Below are positions 14,342 to 29,990 of a stretch of 64,000 nt of DNA, piece by piece. A program made the translations under genes and the position numbers. Origin of the DNA: the human T2T-CHM13v2.0 reference genome, Homo sapiens; assembly GCF_009914755.1 (NCBI RefSeq), contig NC_060925.1. The stretch is one strand, 5' to 3'. Under the pieces are notes generated by a model. That model made no database searches. It was not told the origin of the DNA and saw nothing but the letters and a program-made list of their open reading frames with translations. Position 1 is the first letter of the stretch; each line of letters starts with the position of its first letter.

Positions 14342-15739
14342 AATCTAGTGACTTGTGAGTAGAAAACAGAGGTAACAAATAGAGAGTAACTCAGCAGATG
14401 ACTTTACATTTAAATGTATTTCCTCCAAAGACACTTTGGGAACACTCCACACCCCAGAGGTGGCTTGTTCAGCATGCACTGATATTGTCTTGTCATTGAA
14501 ACTCCTGCCAAGGTCACATGCACCAATGCCAAATGGTAAATTCAGCATGGGGAGGGGCAGAGGCCTCTAGAGATGTTAAGTCAACTGCTGACTTTACTCT
14601 CCTTCCTGCAAATCTGAGAACGAGCACAAGTGACCTTTCATTCTTATCTTAATGGTAAGAGCTGCTTGAGTCTAGGGCATTTTGGTTTGGAGCTGAGAGG
14701 CTGTGGAATACCTTCTCAGTCCATTAGGGACTAGTTAGGCAGCCTCCTGCGCCCACCCTCACCCCTGCCCACTGGGGGCACAGGCATTTATCATGAAAAG
14801 AATGTAGCGCCTGCTTCCCCCAACCCCCATCAGATTTCCTGTTTTTTTTTTTCTTTCTTTCTTTCTTTCTTTTTTTTCTAAAAGCTTCCAAAATAGATTT
14901 TGGATTGCAGCGTTTTCCTCAAATGTTTCTTCAAAGTGTTTCTTGAATAATTATTTGTGCTTAGTGTTTGAAAAATAACCTTGCTCAAAGAGAAGAAATA
15001 TAATGAACCCATTTGAGATAATCTACATTAATGCAAGCAGCCCAAAGCAAAGGAGATAAAGAGGGAACATGAGGAGGGTCAACATTTGGGCTCTTGGAAG
15101 GGAGCCCTAAGAAACAAGATCAGCAAGACTTTAGTGATCAGTGCTCACTGAGCCTCCCTCATTAGACAGGGCAACTGGAGAGCACAACCAATATACACAC
15201 AGGTGCACAGACACACACATGAGGGACATAGGAATGAGCAATTGGTCCAAGCATCCTACCAACGTGACTTCTGCTTCACCTCAACATGAGTTTAAGTAGT
15301 GTGGAAAGTAGGAAATGCTCCTGTAGTTCACGAAATAAAGCAAGAAAGGAGCTTCCAGCGAGGTGCGCTGGGTAGGACAGCCACCCAAAGCCCAAAATAG
15401 AAACAGCTCCTCATCAGCCCAGAAGGAAAGGCATCCTACTCCCTGCCCAGGCTGAAGAAGACACCATCCAGAACATTAATCCTGCCACGCTTTAGTGCAT
15501 CCAGAGCTTTGCAGCAGAAAAAGTCCTGGTAGAAATAATTTTTGCAAAATTATTGAACAAAAAAGAATACGCTTTGGAACAGACGGGATCGAAGATAATA
15601 GATGTGAAGGTGCTCAGGAAAATTAAAGGGGTTATATAAAGGTAAGAGATCATTGTTATTAGTGCTGTGTTTGCTTCGAAGATGCTGGAATATTTCTTCT
15701 CAATCGATGATCTTGACACCACAAGGGCCAATTCTGTCG

Positions 15740-16160
15740 GGATGAGGAGAGCATTGAGCCTGGAGCCAGAAGGGCCAGAGTCCAGCGCAGCTGTACTGCT
15801 CATGAACCACCAACTACCAGCAAGCCCCTCGGCTCTCTGGCCTTGAGATGCCACCTCTGTAAATGGGGCCTAATCATAGGGTTGATGGAACGTCACGTAG
15901 ATGAAAGCGTCCAGTACTCAGGAGACACTTAAAGCAGCTACTGTTTACTGAGCTCTGTTTACTTTGCTCTAAACACCATGCCGGCACTGTGTCTTCCTTC
16001 TCTCGCTAATCTTCACAAGAAACTACAAGGTAAGAACTGCTGTTTTCCAGTTACAAGGAAGACACAGAAGTGCCAAGAGGTCAAGCAGACTGCCCTAAGT
16101 GACAGGATTTCAGAGCCCAACACAAACCCAGTGATTCTAGTCCCAGGCTCTGTTCATTCA
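15740..16160. mobile_element. Two adjacent MIRs in opposite orientation
   Basis: + MIR ~15740-15940 (CTCTGTAAATGGGGCCTAAT) and - MIR ~15940-16160 (CCAGTTACAAGGAAGACACAGAAG...GAGCCCAACACAAACCCAG). Confidence 0.55.
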
Positions 16161-18059
16161 CTACCATGTTTTCCTCAATAAATATTGGTTGAATCCCGAG
16201 TAGGTTATCCATCCTTTGACGGCAGGTACTATTTGTTCTTCCTGAACTCTCATCCCAGAGCATCTGCTCCCGCGCTGGCTGCCAGTAAAATTTACTGAAA
16301 TTGAAATGTTACAGCTCTGTGAGAAGGGCCCTGCTGGCCAGGTCAGGGCTCTCTGACAGCTATTTGGTGAGCTCCACGTGACTCCCCAATCCAGGTGGGA
16401 TGACTTCTGCATGAGGGGGCGTGGGAGGCCCTCACACATGCAGCTTCCAAGGGCAACAGATGAGCTCATTGTGCCCATCCCTGACCTGTAAAGAGGGAAC
16501 TACCTCTGGTACACTCTACGTGGCCAGACAGGTGTCTGAGATACTGGGACACCATCTAGCCCCGCTACAGGAGTGAAGTTTTAGCTTATCTCAAAGTGTC
16601 AAGAAAATAACTTCAGAAGTAACATTTGAGAGCATGGCTATCCTGCTTTGTAAATCTTGGCATGTTTTCTAAAACTTGATGTAAAGACTGTATTGTATAA
16701 AACACTGTACCACCAGCAACTTCCAGGCAAAAATGGCTAAAGTGAAAACAATGAAAAATGCACCCAGCGTTTCAAATTAAGGCTTCCTAACGTCATATCT
16801 CTTCATTCTTAAAGACAGGTGCACTGGGCTTGATTTGATGTGATACCCAAATACAACGGAACTGTAATTTAGGAAGCTCAAGTTATCTTTGAATCAACGA
16901 TAAATTAATACTATTGTAAATTTTCTTTAGGATACCTTCTTCACATGCCAGAGATAATAATGTTCTGGTCTTCAATTAAATGAAAGATGGGATTAAATAA
17001 TTCCCTGGGGAGCTAATTGGTAGATTTGGTGAAGCTGCTTTTCTCATGCAACCACATAGCCTCATGCTCTCTTCCTTGGGTATTTTCTTTGACACAAGTC
17101 TTATTATGCATTTGCCATTCTACACAAGTGCTTAGCTCAGAGTTGGTTCCTTTGGGGTATGTGTAGTACACTGCAGGAGAAGGATTGTTGCTGTGCCATG
17201 CAAAACCCAAGGAAGGACCCATGAATGAGCAGGACACAACCAAATTGTGTTGAAAAGCATGGGAGGCTGGCAGATGGAGCCGCTTATCAACTTGGCACCA
17301 TGCTCTGGATCAAATCCAAGCCCTGCCTCTATTTTGATTAGTTAAAAATTTCAAGGACTGTTTGCCAGACTAAAACACAGTATGGATCAGAATTCATATC
17401 CCATGGTGTCTCCAGCCTCTAGCATGAAATACCCCTCAACTTTAATTGGCTTTGGTCTCAGCCTGCTTACATAAGCTCTTAGGCCCCTGCAAGGTTGCCC
17501 CTGGAAGTACACAGAGGAGGCCCCCATGTTCATGAACTGGATAGTGAGTGCAGCCATCATGATTGACATGTGGGCCATGTTCTGCCTCTCTCCTACTCCC
17601 ATCCTCCTGAAAGTAAGAGTGGCTGGCATGGCTGGAGTGAGCCCCCAATGCCCCTGTTCCCCTGCACTGCCACTGCTACTGGTTTCAGGTGTTCTACAGT
17701 ACAGGGTGCTGTGTTTCCAGAATACGTATAATGAACATTGCTGTCCCCCACAGTGAGTCCTACTTTGTCACAGGGACACACATACCTGCTGATCATATTC
17801 TTAGACTCCTAGTCTTTCATGCCAGACAGTGTCTTCAGCCTTCACCTGCTGCTGTCTCAACCCTGCCCCTGGTCCAGAAACCCAACACAAATTCCCCTCA
17901 GCCACACTCAGGGCTCCAGTGCAATTCACGTCTTGCAAAATGACTCCTCTAACCAGCTGACCAGCTCACCAGACAGGCCTAGACAAGTTTACTCTCGCTG
18001 AGGGATCAAGGAAAAATGCTCACACCAGGATTAATTTTATGCTGACAGTTTTGTTTTTT

Positions 18060-19700
18060 AAATATGAGGGAATAAATTAGTAAATAAATAAATGAATAAA
18101 CAAGATAGATTTCCTTACAGTAGAAAGTCAACAAATACATGTAAAAGGAATAATATTGAAAAACAAAACCCAGCATTTGACAACCATCGTCATTATTATA
18201 GATTCAGGCCAGAACCATCAATGGATGCTAAAGCTAGTGAGTAAAATTTGAAGGAACATATTTGTAATCTCAAAGTACCTTCCCACAAGATGCTTATTAA
18301 TTACAAAGTAACTTTACAAAGTAAAATAACATTATTATTTTAGAAAGTAATATTACCATGGAGAAACTTGGCTGATGCTACCTGTCAACGAAAAGAGTCG
18401 AACTCTGTAAAATATTTGAAGAGATTTATTCTGAGCCAAATATGAGTGACCATGGCCTGTGACACAGCCCTCAGGGGGTCCTGAGAACATGTGCCCAAGG
18501 TGGTCAGGGTACAGTTTGGTTTTATATACTTTAGGGAGGCCTGAGACATCAATCAAATACATTTAAGAAATACATTGGCTTGGTTCAGAAAAGCGGGACA
18601 ACTCAAAGCAGAGGCTTCCAGGCTATTGGTAAATTTAAACGTTTTCTGGATGACAATTGGTTGAGTTTATCTGAAGACCTGGGATTAATGGAAAGGAATG
18701 TTCAGGTTAAGACAAAGGATTGTGGCAACCAAGTTTTACAGTGCAGAGGAATCTCTCAGCAGACTTCAAAGAGAGAGCAGGTTGTAAAATGTTTCTTTTC
18801 AGACCTAAAAGGGTGCCTGGCTCTTAGTTGATTATCTCCTGGATCAGGAAGGAAAGGAAGGAAAACAAAGGGGAGAAGGGATTCCCTATAGAATGTGGAT
18901 TTTTCCCACAAGAGGTTTTGCAGGGCAATTTCAAGTCATGGCAAGAAGATATATTTTGGAGTGAAATATTTTCTTCCTTGTCTCATAATGTTATGCCAGA
19001 GTCAGATTGAAAAGCAAGTCACAATATACAGGGTCAAATAAAACCCATCTGATGAGAATCCATGGTTTGCAGGGCATGACTCCCCAGACCCCTTAGAGAG
19101 GAACTTGGGCAAGATAAAAAATCAGAGCTTAGTCCTCATACCTTAACCAAAGGATCAAAGTTCACATTACTAGTAATGAGACAAGGGTTCAGCAGGTGCC
19201 TCCTGATAAGCTGCACCGAGAGGAACCCAACACCACTCCTACAGCATTGCCACTGAAAGCATGCAACCCAAATGCAATCACAAGGAAACATTGGAAAAAC
19301 CCCAATTAAGGGACATTCTACAAAATAACTGTCTGGTACTATGAAGAAAAGTCAACATCATGAATATGAAGAGAGACTCAAGAACAGTTCCATATTAAAG
19401 GAGACTAAAGAGATGCAACAATTGAATACGTAGTCCTGGGTGTTTTTTTTTTTTTGCTATAAAGGAAATTATCAGAAAAAATTGATGAAATTTGAATAAA
19501 GTCTATAGACTGGAAAATAACATTGCAGCAATCTTATCAGTTATTACATCAACAATCAATATATATGGTAAGAAGGAAAAGGATAAGACAAATGTAGTAA
19601 AATGTTAACATTTGAGGCATTAGAGTAAAATGTTTTCTACTATTCTTGTAAATTCTCTCTAAATTGAAAAATTACGTCAAAACTAAATTTTTTTAAAAAA
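18060..19700 (+). mobile_element. L1MC3/L1MC4-type 3' region (host of the MER4 LTR)
   Basis: GGAGAAACTTGGCTGATGCTACC|TTAACCAAAGGATCAAAGTTCACATTACTAGTAATGAGAC and GGGACATTCTACAAAATAACTG match L1MC 3'UTR motifs. Confidence 0.65.
18383..19138 (-). mobile_element. ERV1 solo LTR, MER4 group (MER4E-like)
   Basis: The minus strand starts TGAGGACTAAGCTCTGATTTTTTATCTTGCCCAAG and ends ...GTTGACA (TG...CA). 4-bp TSD TACC at 18379-18382 and 19139-19142. Confidence 0.88.
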
Positions 19701-20519
19701 TAATTTGGGCTATTCTTTGAGTTATCTAAAGACATGTGTACATGTTTCCAAGCCAGGGTTGGGGGCTGGGAATGCTTGCTACTTTTCAAGCAATGGCCAA
19801 GCCTGGTCTTCTTCTTGGACATGAGAACACAGCTGGCTTCTGAGACCTTTGTGAGCCACATCACCATGTGATCTGAATTTGAGCCAGTTCTAAACCTTTT
19901 GTGGTTGTTTCAAAATCGCTTAGGAAAAAAATTGGTGATGATGGGGAATGGTGGGGAGGAGCAGCTGCGTTTCTAAGAGAACACATGCCCTATACACCCC
20001 TGCCCAGTCGTCCCATAGGATATTCTTGGCTGCTGAGAGGGAGAAATCAGAAAGTCAAGGACCATGTGCTCCTGTCTCTAAGCCTGTTCAGTGATGGCTG
20101 AGCCAGAGACTCAAGCCTTAGGAGCTGACTTGTTATGGCCCTAAAAATAATTCAGAAGTAGCCCGAAGCTACTGACTCATCAGACACCCTGAGGGCTCTC
20201 TTGCTGGCATTAGGAAACTCTGAGAAATCTAATTAAACTTTTATTCAACCCCCTCTCTGGGAGCACAGACTAGTGAAGAGCAAGTGACAATGGTCTGGTT
20301 CAGCTTGGGTGTCTCCTGAAGGTGGGAGGTGCGGAGACAGCCTCCAATCCCAGTGAGGGAGCATGGGCAGTGGGAAGACCCTGCAACATGGGATTCCTGA
20401 GGCTGGGTCCCAGGAAGGACAGGCTCATTTTCCCACTTCATATCAGGGGCCAAGTGCTCCATGTCCATGCATTTCTCTGAGCCTGCTTAGTTACTGGTGA
20501 ATCAAATAAATAAAATCAA

Positions 20520-22250
20520 GACAATATTTAATATTCATTGAGTACTTATTGTGTGCCCTTCACTGTGCTAACCACCCTAATAGAAAATCTCATTTAATCC
20601 TATGCAGGTGTTAGTAGTCCCATTTTAGAGTCGAGGGTATTGAAGCTAAGAGAGGCAAAGCAATTTATCAAGCCTCCTTTGAGAGAGTGAAGGAGCAACT
20701 AAATTTACCATTAAACAGGGAAGCCAAGTATAAATAACCACATGAAATATGAAATAGCAATGAAAGAGCCATCTTAGAAAAGGCTATCTTCATGGACTTT
20801 TCATCAGTGACCTCATCCAATCTCAAGACTCCAAACATCTCCTCCATCAGGGGATCCTTAGATCTCTAGCTCTTGGTCCAGCCTCTCTCTTGAGCTACAT
20901 AAACTCCTTATTTTTAGCTGTGGGCCTGACCTTTCCTCTAGGCAGCTCTGCCTGGAGCTCACACTCAGCCTGGCCAAAACTGAGCTCATGTCATTTCTCT
21001 CTTCTTCCAAAATGAACCCCACTTCCGATGTTTCTATTTCTGGCCCAATGACACCATTGTCCTGAGGAATAAGGTTTGAAATCTTGAGCTTTTTCATCCC
21101 TGTTCCATTATATGCTGCCTAATATACTATTTTTCTCCTTTTACTTCCTTTACCATGCCTGCCCCATTCCACCACCACCCCACCCCACCCCACCTGCCTG
21201 CACATCTATCTAAGGAAATGTGGGCTCTCTTAGCAGGGAAATGTGATATAAATCCTTCCTTATCCATCCCTCAGAGCACATGCTACAAAACTGACCCAGA
21301 ATAATATTTTGAAAGTTGATGAATCAGAGAACAAAAAGGTCAAATCCTGGACACTCACTTTGTGTAGATCTGATTTTAATGGCTCATACGAATACTTTTA
21401 TTTCCAAAAGAAATGAGATGGAGGATACTAGAGTTTTTAAAAATATTTCCTTAGACTCTACCATGAGCTGAGCCTTGTGCTAGTTTCTTTCACACACATT
21501 ACCTAATTTAATTCTTATAAAAACTTTGCAAGACAGGTAGTAAAAAACTCGCTGTAGACAAGTTCAAAATCAAGCTCATTTTGAGAAGCTAAATAACATG
21601 CTCAACTCACACAGCTAGTAAGTTCACCTCTCCTTTTGCAATCTCTCCCTAAGTGATTTCCTCCAGATTTAAAACCCATCCATAAACTGCTCAGATTCGG
21701 ATCTACAGCTCTGTGTTCCAGACTCCACAAAAGCACCTCCTCACATCTCCACTTAGAGGGCTGATCCACCCAGATGACTTCACATGTCCAAAACATAAGC
21801 CTTGATTTTTCCCTCCTCACTGAAATAGGTCCTTCCTTTTCCCGATATTTCCCACCCAGTTAGTGACATCATCATTGCTTGGGCCAAAAACCTACAAGTC
21901 ATCCTTGATTTGCCTCTTTCCTCCTTCATGCACACTTAGTCTGTTTGGCAAGGCTTTTGGGCTCTATTTCCAAAGCGGGCCTTTCGTCCAAATACCTCTC
22001 TCCATCTCCACAGCTGAAACCCTAAACCAAGCCCGTGCTGTCTCTGAGCTAGTTGATTCCAGTGGTCTTTCAACCCTGCCTGCCTCCACTCCTGCCACCC
22101 ACCTTCCCGCTCCATAGCACATCCTCCTCACAGCAGTGTGAGTGATCCTTTGACAGCAGAGGTTAGGTCATGTCGTGCTCCTGCTTAAAGCCCTCCATGA
22201 TGTCCCATCATCACGGCCTCCAAGGCCTGCTGAATTTCCTGCCTCTTCTG
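20520..22250. mobile_element. Cluster of MIR and L2 fragments
   Basis: MIR(-) ~20520-20680 and ~21470-21625; L2-like pyrimidine-rich segments ~20780-21100 and ~21625-22250 (CATGTCCAAAACATAAGCCTTGATT...CTGCTTAAAGCCCTCCA). Confidence 0.55.
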
Positions 22251-22445
22251 CACCACTCCCTCCTCTGCCTTCCAACCCCTGGCAACTGCTGATCTTTTTG
22301 AAAGCTGATCAATCAGATCAATTTGCCTTTTCCAGAATGTCATAGAGTTGAAATCATGCAGTATGTAGCCTTTTCAGATTAGCTTCTTTTACGTAGTAAT
22401 ATGCATTTAAGTGTCCTCCCTGTCCTTTCATGGCTTAATAGCAAG
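22250..22445 (-). mobile_element. L1MC 3'-end fragment
   Basis: CCCCTGGCAACTGCTGATC...TTGCCTTTTCCAGAATGTCATAGAGTTGAAATCATGCAGTATGTAGCC. Confidence 0.7.
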
Positions 22446-22699
22446 TTCCTAGGGATATATCACTTTATTCCACCCTTTGCAGCCAGTCTGACCCCAGGCA
22501 AGATAAGCTAAGGTGAGTGGTGGGCAAAAAGCAGGGGTCTGAGGTCTGCTATAGTTCTCCACAGTCAGTCCCACCTCGAATGATCCATGCTTCCATGGCA
22601 GGGTGGATATTGTGGCATGGATCCAAACCCCCGATTTCACCCTGCTATAGATGCTACTGTCTGCCTTTTCAACAGGTATTCCCTTCTTCCTAAGGGGCC

Positions 22700-23230
22700 A
22701 AAGTTTATCCAAGGATAAAATTTATCTCCCCTCCTCAGCTTGCCATGTCCTTTGGGGAGGGCACATCCCCAATCCCAAAGGCCAATACGAGTCTAAGCCA
22801 ATCATAGTGGTCCTATTCCCCTTGCCTGTGACTGATTTAGGCATGACCATGGCTTGCATCTCTGGCCAAGGACACATCATGGGAAATCTGTGAGGCTTCT
22901 GTGAAAGATCCCTTCACTTGCCCAGAAAAAAGACACAAGGAAAGACAGTTTCTCTTCTTCTGCAGAAATAGTGTGTCTTTGTGTCCGGGTGTGACACATG
23001 GAACTAAGGCAGTCATCTTGACCTAAGAATAAAGCTCACTTGAGGAAGAGAGCAGAGCAGAAGAATGAAAAGAAACTGGAGCCTTGCTGGCTTACTAGGA
23101 CACTGAGTTAGCTAATCCCTGAAGCCCTACCTCAAGGCTTTTTTTTTTTTAATGTGAGAAAATACACTGTTTCTTGTCCAAACCACTCTGAGCTAAAGTT
23201 TCTGTTCTTGCAGCCAAAAGCAGCCTCAGG
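22700..23230 (+). mobile_element. Old MaLR LTR (MLT1J/K-like)
   Basis: CTAAGCCAATCATAGTGGTCCTATTCCCCTTGCCTGTGACTGATTTAGG...TTTCTGTTCTTGCAGCCAAAAGC. Confidence 0.6.
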
Positions 23231-23734
23231 GAGACATGACCTGTTGAAGCTTCATCAATCCACTTCTTGGCTTAGCTTCAGCCTTTTATTAGTCAATCTC
23301 AAAAGGTACTCCAAGTCAAATTGTTGCTGCCTTTAGCAACAAGGTGATCTGCATTTGGATTTCCTTGGTCTTGAACTATTCTCACTACATGGAATCCTTC
23401 CAGATAGAGAAAGGCCATGTGCGATGAATAACAATTTTGACATATCTATTGCACTTTGCATTTTATAGAATTTTCAATCTTTCCTTCAATAAACACTTCT
23501 TAAGCACCTACTGTCCGCCAAGCACAGGTAAGAATGATGCAGTAACGAACAAAACAGACAAGGTCACTGTCTTTATGAAGCTTATCAAGAAACAAGTACA
23601 AGATTGCGGTGAATGACAGGAAGGAAATAAATAGAACAAAGAAAGAGTAAATAAGGAACTGGGGTGGGGTGAATTCTTTAAATTAGGTGGCCAGGGAAAG
23701 CCTCTCTGAGATGGTAATTTGTATTTTTCTGCTA

Positions 23735-24197
23735 TAATTAAACTTTCTTTATTGTTGCAAAGTATACATAACATAAAATGTATCACTATAACCATTTTTA
23801 AGCGTACAGTTCAGTGGCATTAAGTACCTTCACATTATTGAGCAACCATCGCCACCATTCATTTCCAGAACTTTTTCATCATCCCAAACCGAAAATCAAT
23901 AACTGTAAATCAATAAACATTAACTCCCCATTTCCCCTTCCTTCCAGACCCTGAAACCACAATTTTACTCTTTTTCTCTATGAATTTGACTTCTTTAGGT
24001 ATCTCATATAAGTGGAATTATAAAGTATTTGTCTTTTTGTCACTGGCTTCCTTCACTTAGCATAACGTCCTCAATGTTCATCCATGTTGTAGCATGCGTC
24101 AGAATTCCCTTCCTTTTTAAGGCAGAATAATATTCCATTGTATGTTTATACCACATTTTAAAACATCCAGGTGTCTGTCAACGGACACTTGGGTTTG
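23735..24197 (-). mobile_element. L1MB 3' end inserted in an L2 relic
   Basis: ACCATTTTTAAGCGTACAGTTCAGTGGCATTAAGTACC...GGCAGAATAATATTCCATTGTATG; L2-like sequence on both sides. Confidence 0.8.
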
Positions 24198-24487
24198 AGG
24201 AAGTGACAGGTGAAATGCGAGTTTAAAGGATGAGAAGACCCAGCCACAGGAACTGCTGAAGGGAGTGTTGCTTGGCAGATGGAACAGTGGTTTCTTGGCA
24301 GATGGAAAGTTAAAGGCCTGGGCAACTCCTAAGCTTTCCTTAAGACCCGAAGCCAATGCCAGCACATTACTTTTCAAAGTATTCTCTCCCTTTCCTGAGC
24401 AATTTGTCAATTTCTGTCTATGCTTCCAAGAAACTTTACCTGTATTTATTCCATTGCATTGTTGTCTCCCCTACCAGGCTATGGTTG

Positions 24488-24883
24488 TGTCTTAGCTGTT
24501 TTGTGTTGCTGTAACAGAATACCAGAGACTGGGTAATTTATAAGCAATAGAAGTTGATTTGGCTTATGATTCTGGAGGCTGGGAAGTCCAAGAGCATGTG
24601 ACAGCATCCCGTGAGGACCTTTGTGTTTCATCATCCCATGGCAGAAGGTGAAAGGGCAAGACAGTGTGAGAGCAAGGGAGCAGGAGGGGGCTGAACTTGC
24701 TCTTATAATAAGCCCAGTCTCTTGATAACTAACCCACTCCATCAATAACAACATTCATCCATTCATGAGGGCATAGCCCTTATGACCTAATCATCTCTTA
24801 TTAAGCCCCACCTCCCAACACTGTTGTATTGAGGATTAAGTTCCCAACACATGAACATTGGGAGATACATTCAAACCATAGCA
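24488..24883 (-). mobile_element. MaLR solo LTR (MSTC/MSTD-like)
   Basis: TGTCTTAGCTGTTTTGTGTTGCTGTAACAGAATACC...ATTCAAACCATAGCA. Confidence 0.85.
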
Positions 24884-27065
24884 AGTTCCATCACCCCTCC
24901 CCAACAAACCTTTTTCTAGCAGGTGCAAACAAATTACAAAACTGGTGAATTAGAGCTGCCAACAAACTGCAAAAATGATGGATTTGAGTTTCTCCTTACC
25001 CTTAGTTCCATAAGGCAGAAGAGATAAGGAACAAGGTGAAATACCAAATGCAGGCAGCAAAGGAAAATAAGTGAAGAGCCTTCATCATCTGCTAGTTAAG
25101 CCCTGAATTTAGAACCATAGCTTCCAGGAGCTGGAAGGGATATTAAGGGATATTGGAGATCACCTAATACAATGCATTTGCTTGGTCCTGGGATGAAATG
25201 TTTTATGCAAACCTCTGGAATGGACATGATTGGTTGGAAGCAGAGAAGGTTCTCAGCAGTCCTGAGAGGTGCTTAAAGTGAGTTTTCAAATGCCCATTTA
25301 TATCCTCCCAATGACCCCCAATAGCTGGACCCCCTTATATTACTCCAAGATTGGACGGCAGGCTGATGGGAAAAAGGGGTCCTTGCAGAGCCCCACAGCT
25401 CATACCAGCAAGTGCTACAAACAGTCCCTGGGAGACGTGATTTACTCTGGGCCTTTGCTGGGAGGGAGGGAGGAGAACAGCTGTAAATGCCACTGTCCCA
25501 GAGATGATGGATCCCAGAAAGTGGGACAGAGTTGGTCTTTCTCCAAAGGACACCTCTCTGTAAGCAGAAATGGGCTGAGAGAGGGTAGCTGGTGGTGCCA
25601 AGGCCTCTGGTGCATTCTGGTGGTAGGTGGGTGGACAGACCATTCTGGAAATGGCTTGTCATAGCCCGCTCTTGACTCATCCAAATGGGCCTGAAATTGC
25701 CAGGGCTGTGACTGTGCTTTGCATGAGCTTGCCCTCTGCAGCCCAAAATATCCTTCTCTGATTCTGTGCCATGAGTTGATTAACAGTCTCTCTTGGAATA
25801 ATTCCCAGGCTGCCTCAATCCTTTTCAGAATCTATTTTCTCACTTTACATGGGGCACCTTTTAAATGTGGACAGGGTAATATAAAATAGTGCCAATGCTG
25901 GATTCTCAGAAAACAGCTAGGTATTAGATCTGTACTTATTAAGCCCTCACATAGAAATAGGAAGACATTTGCCTTTAATTTATACTTCATCAATCCAAAA
26001 ATTATCCAGAACCTAGCGTGTGCTCAGAACTAAGCACTTTGGAGGAGAAAGTATAACATGTATAGCATGACACGATCCTGGCCCTTCACAGATTTATTAA
26101 CTTCCTTGAAATGACTAATATATGTGAAACAATGAGGAAAAAAAAATCAATGCTCTGGTATGTGGACTCTTTGTGCATAACTTATGGGCTGCCATCCACC
26201 CCTGAGAGGGACTTCCTTTCTATAGGATAGGGCTCCCCTGGAATATTTTTGCAGGTTAACTAGGCACTGTTCTTCCAAACATGGCATTCCTTCCAAATGC
26301 TCTAACATATTCTTATATGAATAAATTTCATCCGCAAGTGACACTCCATAATCCTTAGTGCAAACACCAAGTATGGACACTGTATATAAACTCTGAGGAC
26401 TGGGAGAACATCTCAGTGACAGCTTATAACTTGGCCCTGGAAAGTCAAGATGCCAGTGCCCCCACCAGTTGCCAGCTTGGGCCACTTTCCCTCTTTCCTT
26501 CAAGACTTCCCAGTGTGCTGGCTCTGGGCCTCTCCAAACAACCGTGTGTTGTGGCTTCAGCAGGCATGATTGCCACTTGTTTTCCTGGAGCTGGATCTTG
26601 CAAACTTCACACCCTTGTCCTCTGTGTTACAGAGAATGTCCTTTGTGTTTGTCTATCTGAGCTGTCATCTCTTTGCAATGGCCACATGCCATTTTCCTCT
26701 TCCTCTCTTTTTGCTTGAATCACAAGTTTTAGGGGAAAAAAATTAGAAGCAATTCATCTCTGAGAAATTCTACACTTGGCTAGTTTCTGCCCCATGTGAT
26801 GGGATCAAGCCAAGTCACCATGTTTGTCCAAAATATTACAAGTGCAAAGGAACCCAAAGGAGGGAGAAGTCAGTGTGGAATGAAATGGGCTGAGAGGGAG
26901 GCATGGAGGAGGCATGAATGCTAAGGGAAGGAAGGAGGACCCCAGCAGGGTGAGGAACTGACGCAGACCTACGCAGGCTAGGTGGGGCCAGCTGAGGGTG
27001 ACACACTGGGCCAGAGGGGATGGGGTGATGAGAGGAGGTGAATAAAGTCCATTCAGCAGCTAAGA

Positions 27066-27577
27066 GTGATAGAAGGGTTAATTTTATGTGTCAACTTGAC
27101 TGGCCTAAGGAATGCCCAGAGAGATGATAGACATTATTTCTAGGTCTTTCTTGGAGAGTTTAGCATTTGAACCAGTGGGCCCTGTAAAGGAGATTGCCCT
27201 CACCAATGTGAATGGGTACCATCTCATCCATTGAGGGCCTGAATAGAGCAAATAGTGGAGGAAGGGCAAATTGTGTCTCCCTGTCCTTAAGCTGGGACAT
27301 CCACCTTCTCCTGCCACCAGACATCAGAGCTCCTGGTTCTGGGGCATTTGGACTCCAGGATTTATGCCAGCAACCCCATCCACACCCCTTCCCTTCCCTG
27401 GTTCTCAGGCCTTTGGCCTCAGACTGAATTACACCACCGGTTTTCCTGGGCCTTCAGTTTGCAAATGGCATTTGACTTCCATAATCATGTGAGCCAATTC
27501 CCATAATGTGTCCACTCTTATAGATAGCTATACATATCCTATTGGCTGTGTTTCTCTGGAGAGCTCTGGCTAATATG
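27066..27577 (+). mobile_element. ERVL solo LTR (MLT2B-like)
   Basis: GGTTAATTTTATGTGTCAACTTGACTGG...ATCCTATTGGCTGTGTTTCTCTGGAGAGCTCTGGCTAATAT. Confidence 0.85.
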
Positions 27578-27579
27578 AG

Positions 27580-29050
<1,471 letters not shown>

Positions 29051-29229
29051 CAAACGTGCAGTGGAGTCACATTTGGGATTTAGTAAAAATACATTCAACC
29101 CTCCTATATCCCCCAGGAAGACCTATGGCCTCCCTGCATTGTCATCTCTATGATTGCAAAGGCTTATGCTTGCACAGCCATTTCTCATGCTGTTTGTTTG
29201 AACTCATGCTGTCACTCTGTCTCACTTCT

Positions 29230-29661
<432 letters not shown>

Positions 29662-29874
29662 TAGGATTTGCTATCTTTCTTCTGGGAAGTCCTGTGCCCT
29701 GTCAAATTTAGGAATTTCTTTTCCTTTTTTTTTTTTTTTAATAGAGGAATAAGGGAAGTGGCTACTGGGGAACAAGGCCCCTTCCTTTCAGCTGTCTGAC
29801 CTCTCAGGACTTTCACTCCCCAGCCTACTCCAGCCATACCCGGAGGGCCTTGTTTTCCAACCAGAAACACCCTT

Positions 29875-29990
29875 TTTTTTAAAAAAAAAATAATAATAAT
29901 AATTTTAATTAATGTATTTATTTTATTTATTTATTTTTTCTGCTTCTTGTGGAGCAGGGTTACCCTATAGGCAGTGTGCACAGAGTAGCC
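29875..29990 (-). mobile_element. Tiny retroposed element: 51-nt double-hairpin body plus A-rich tail
   Basis: Minus strand GGCTACTCTGTGCACACTGCCTATAGGGTAACCCTGCTCCACAAGAAGCAG (29990-29940), then A-rich tail. TSD CAGA(A/C)A(C/T)ACCCTT at 29862-29874 and 29991-30003. Confidence 0.75.

Noticed and set aside
15492-15854. 120-aa minus-strand ORF
   Set aside because: Begins in a MIR; no homology or exon signals recognised.
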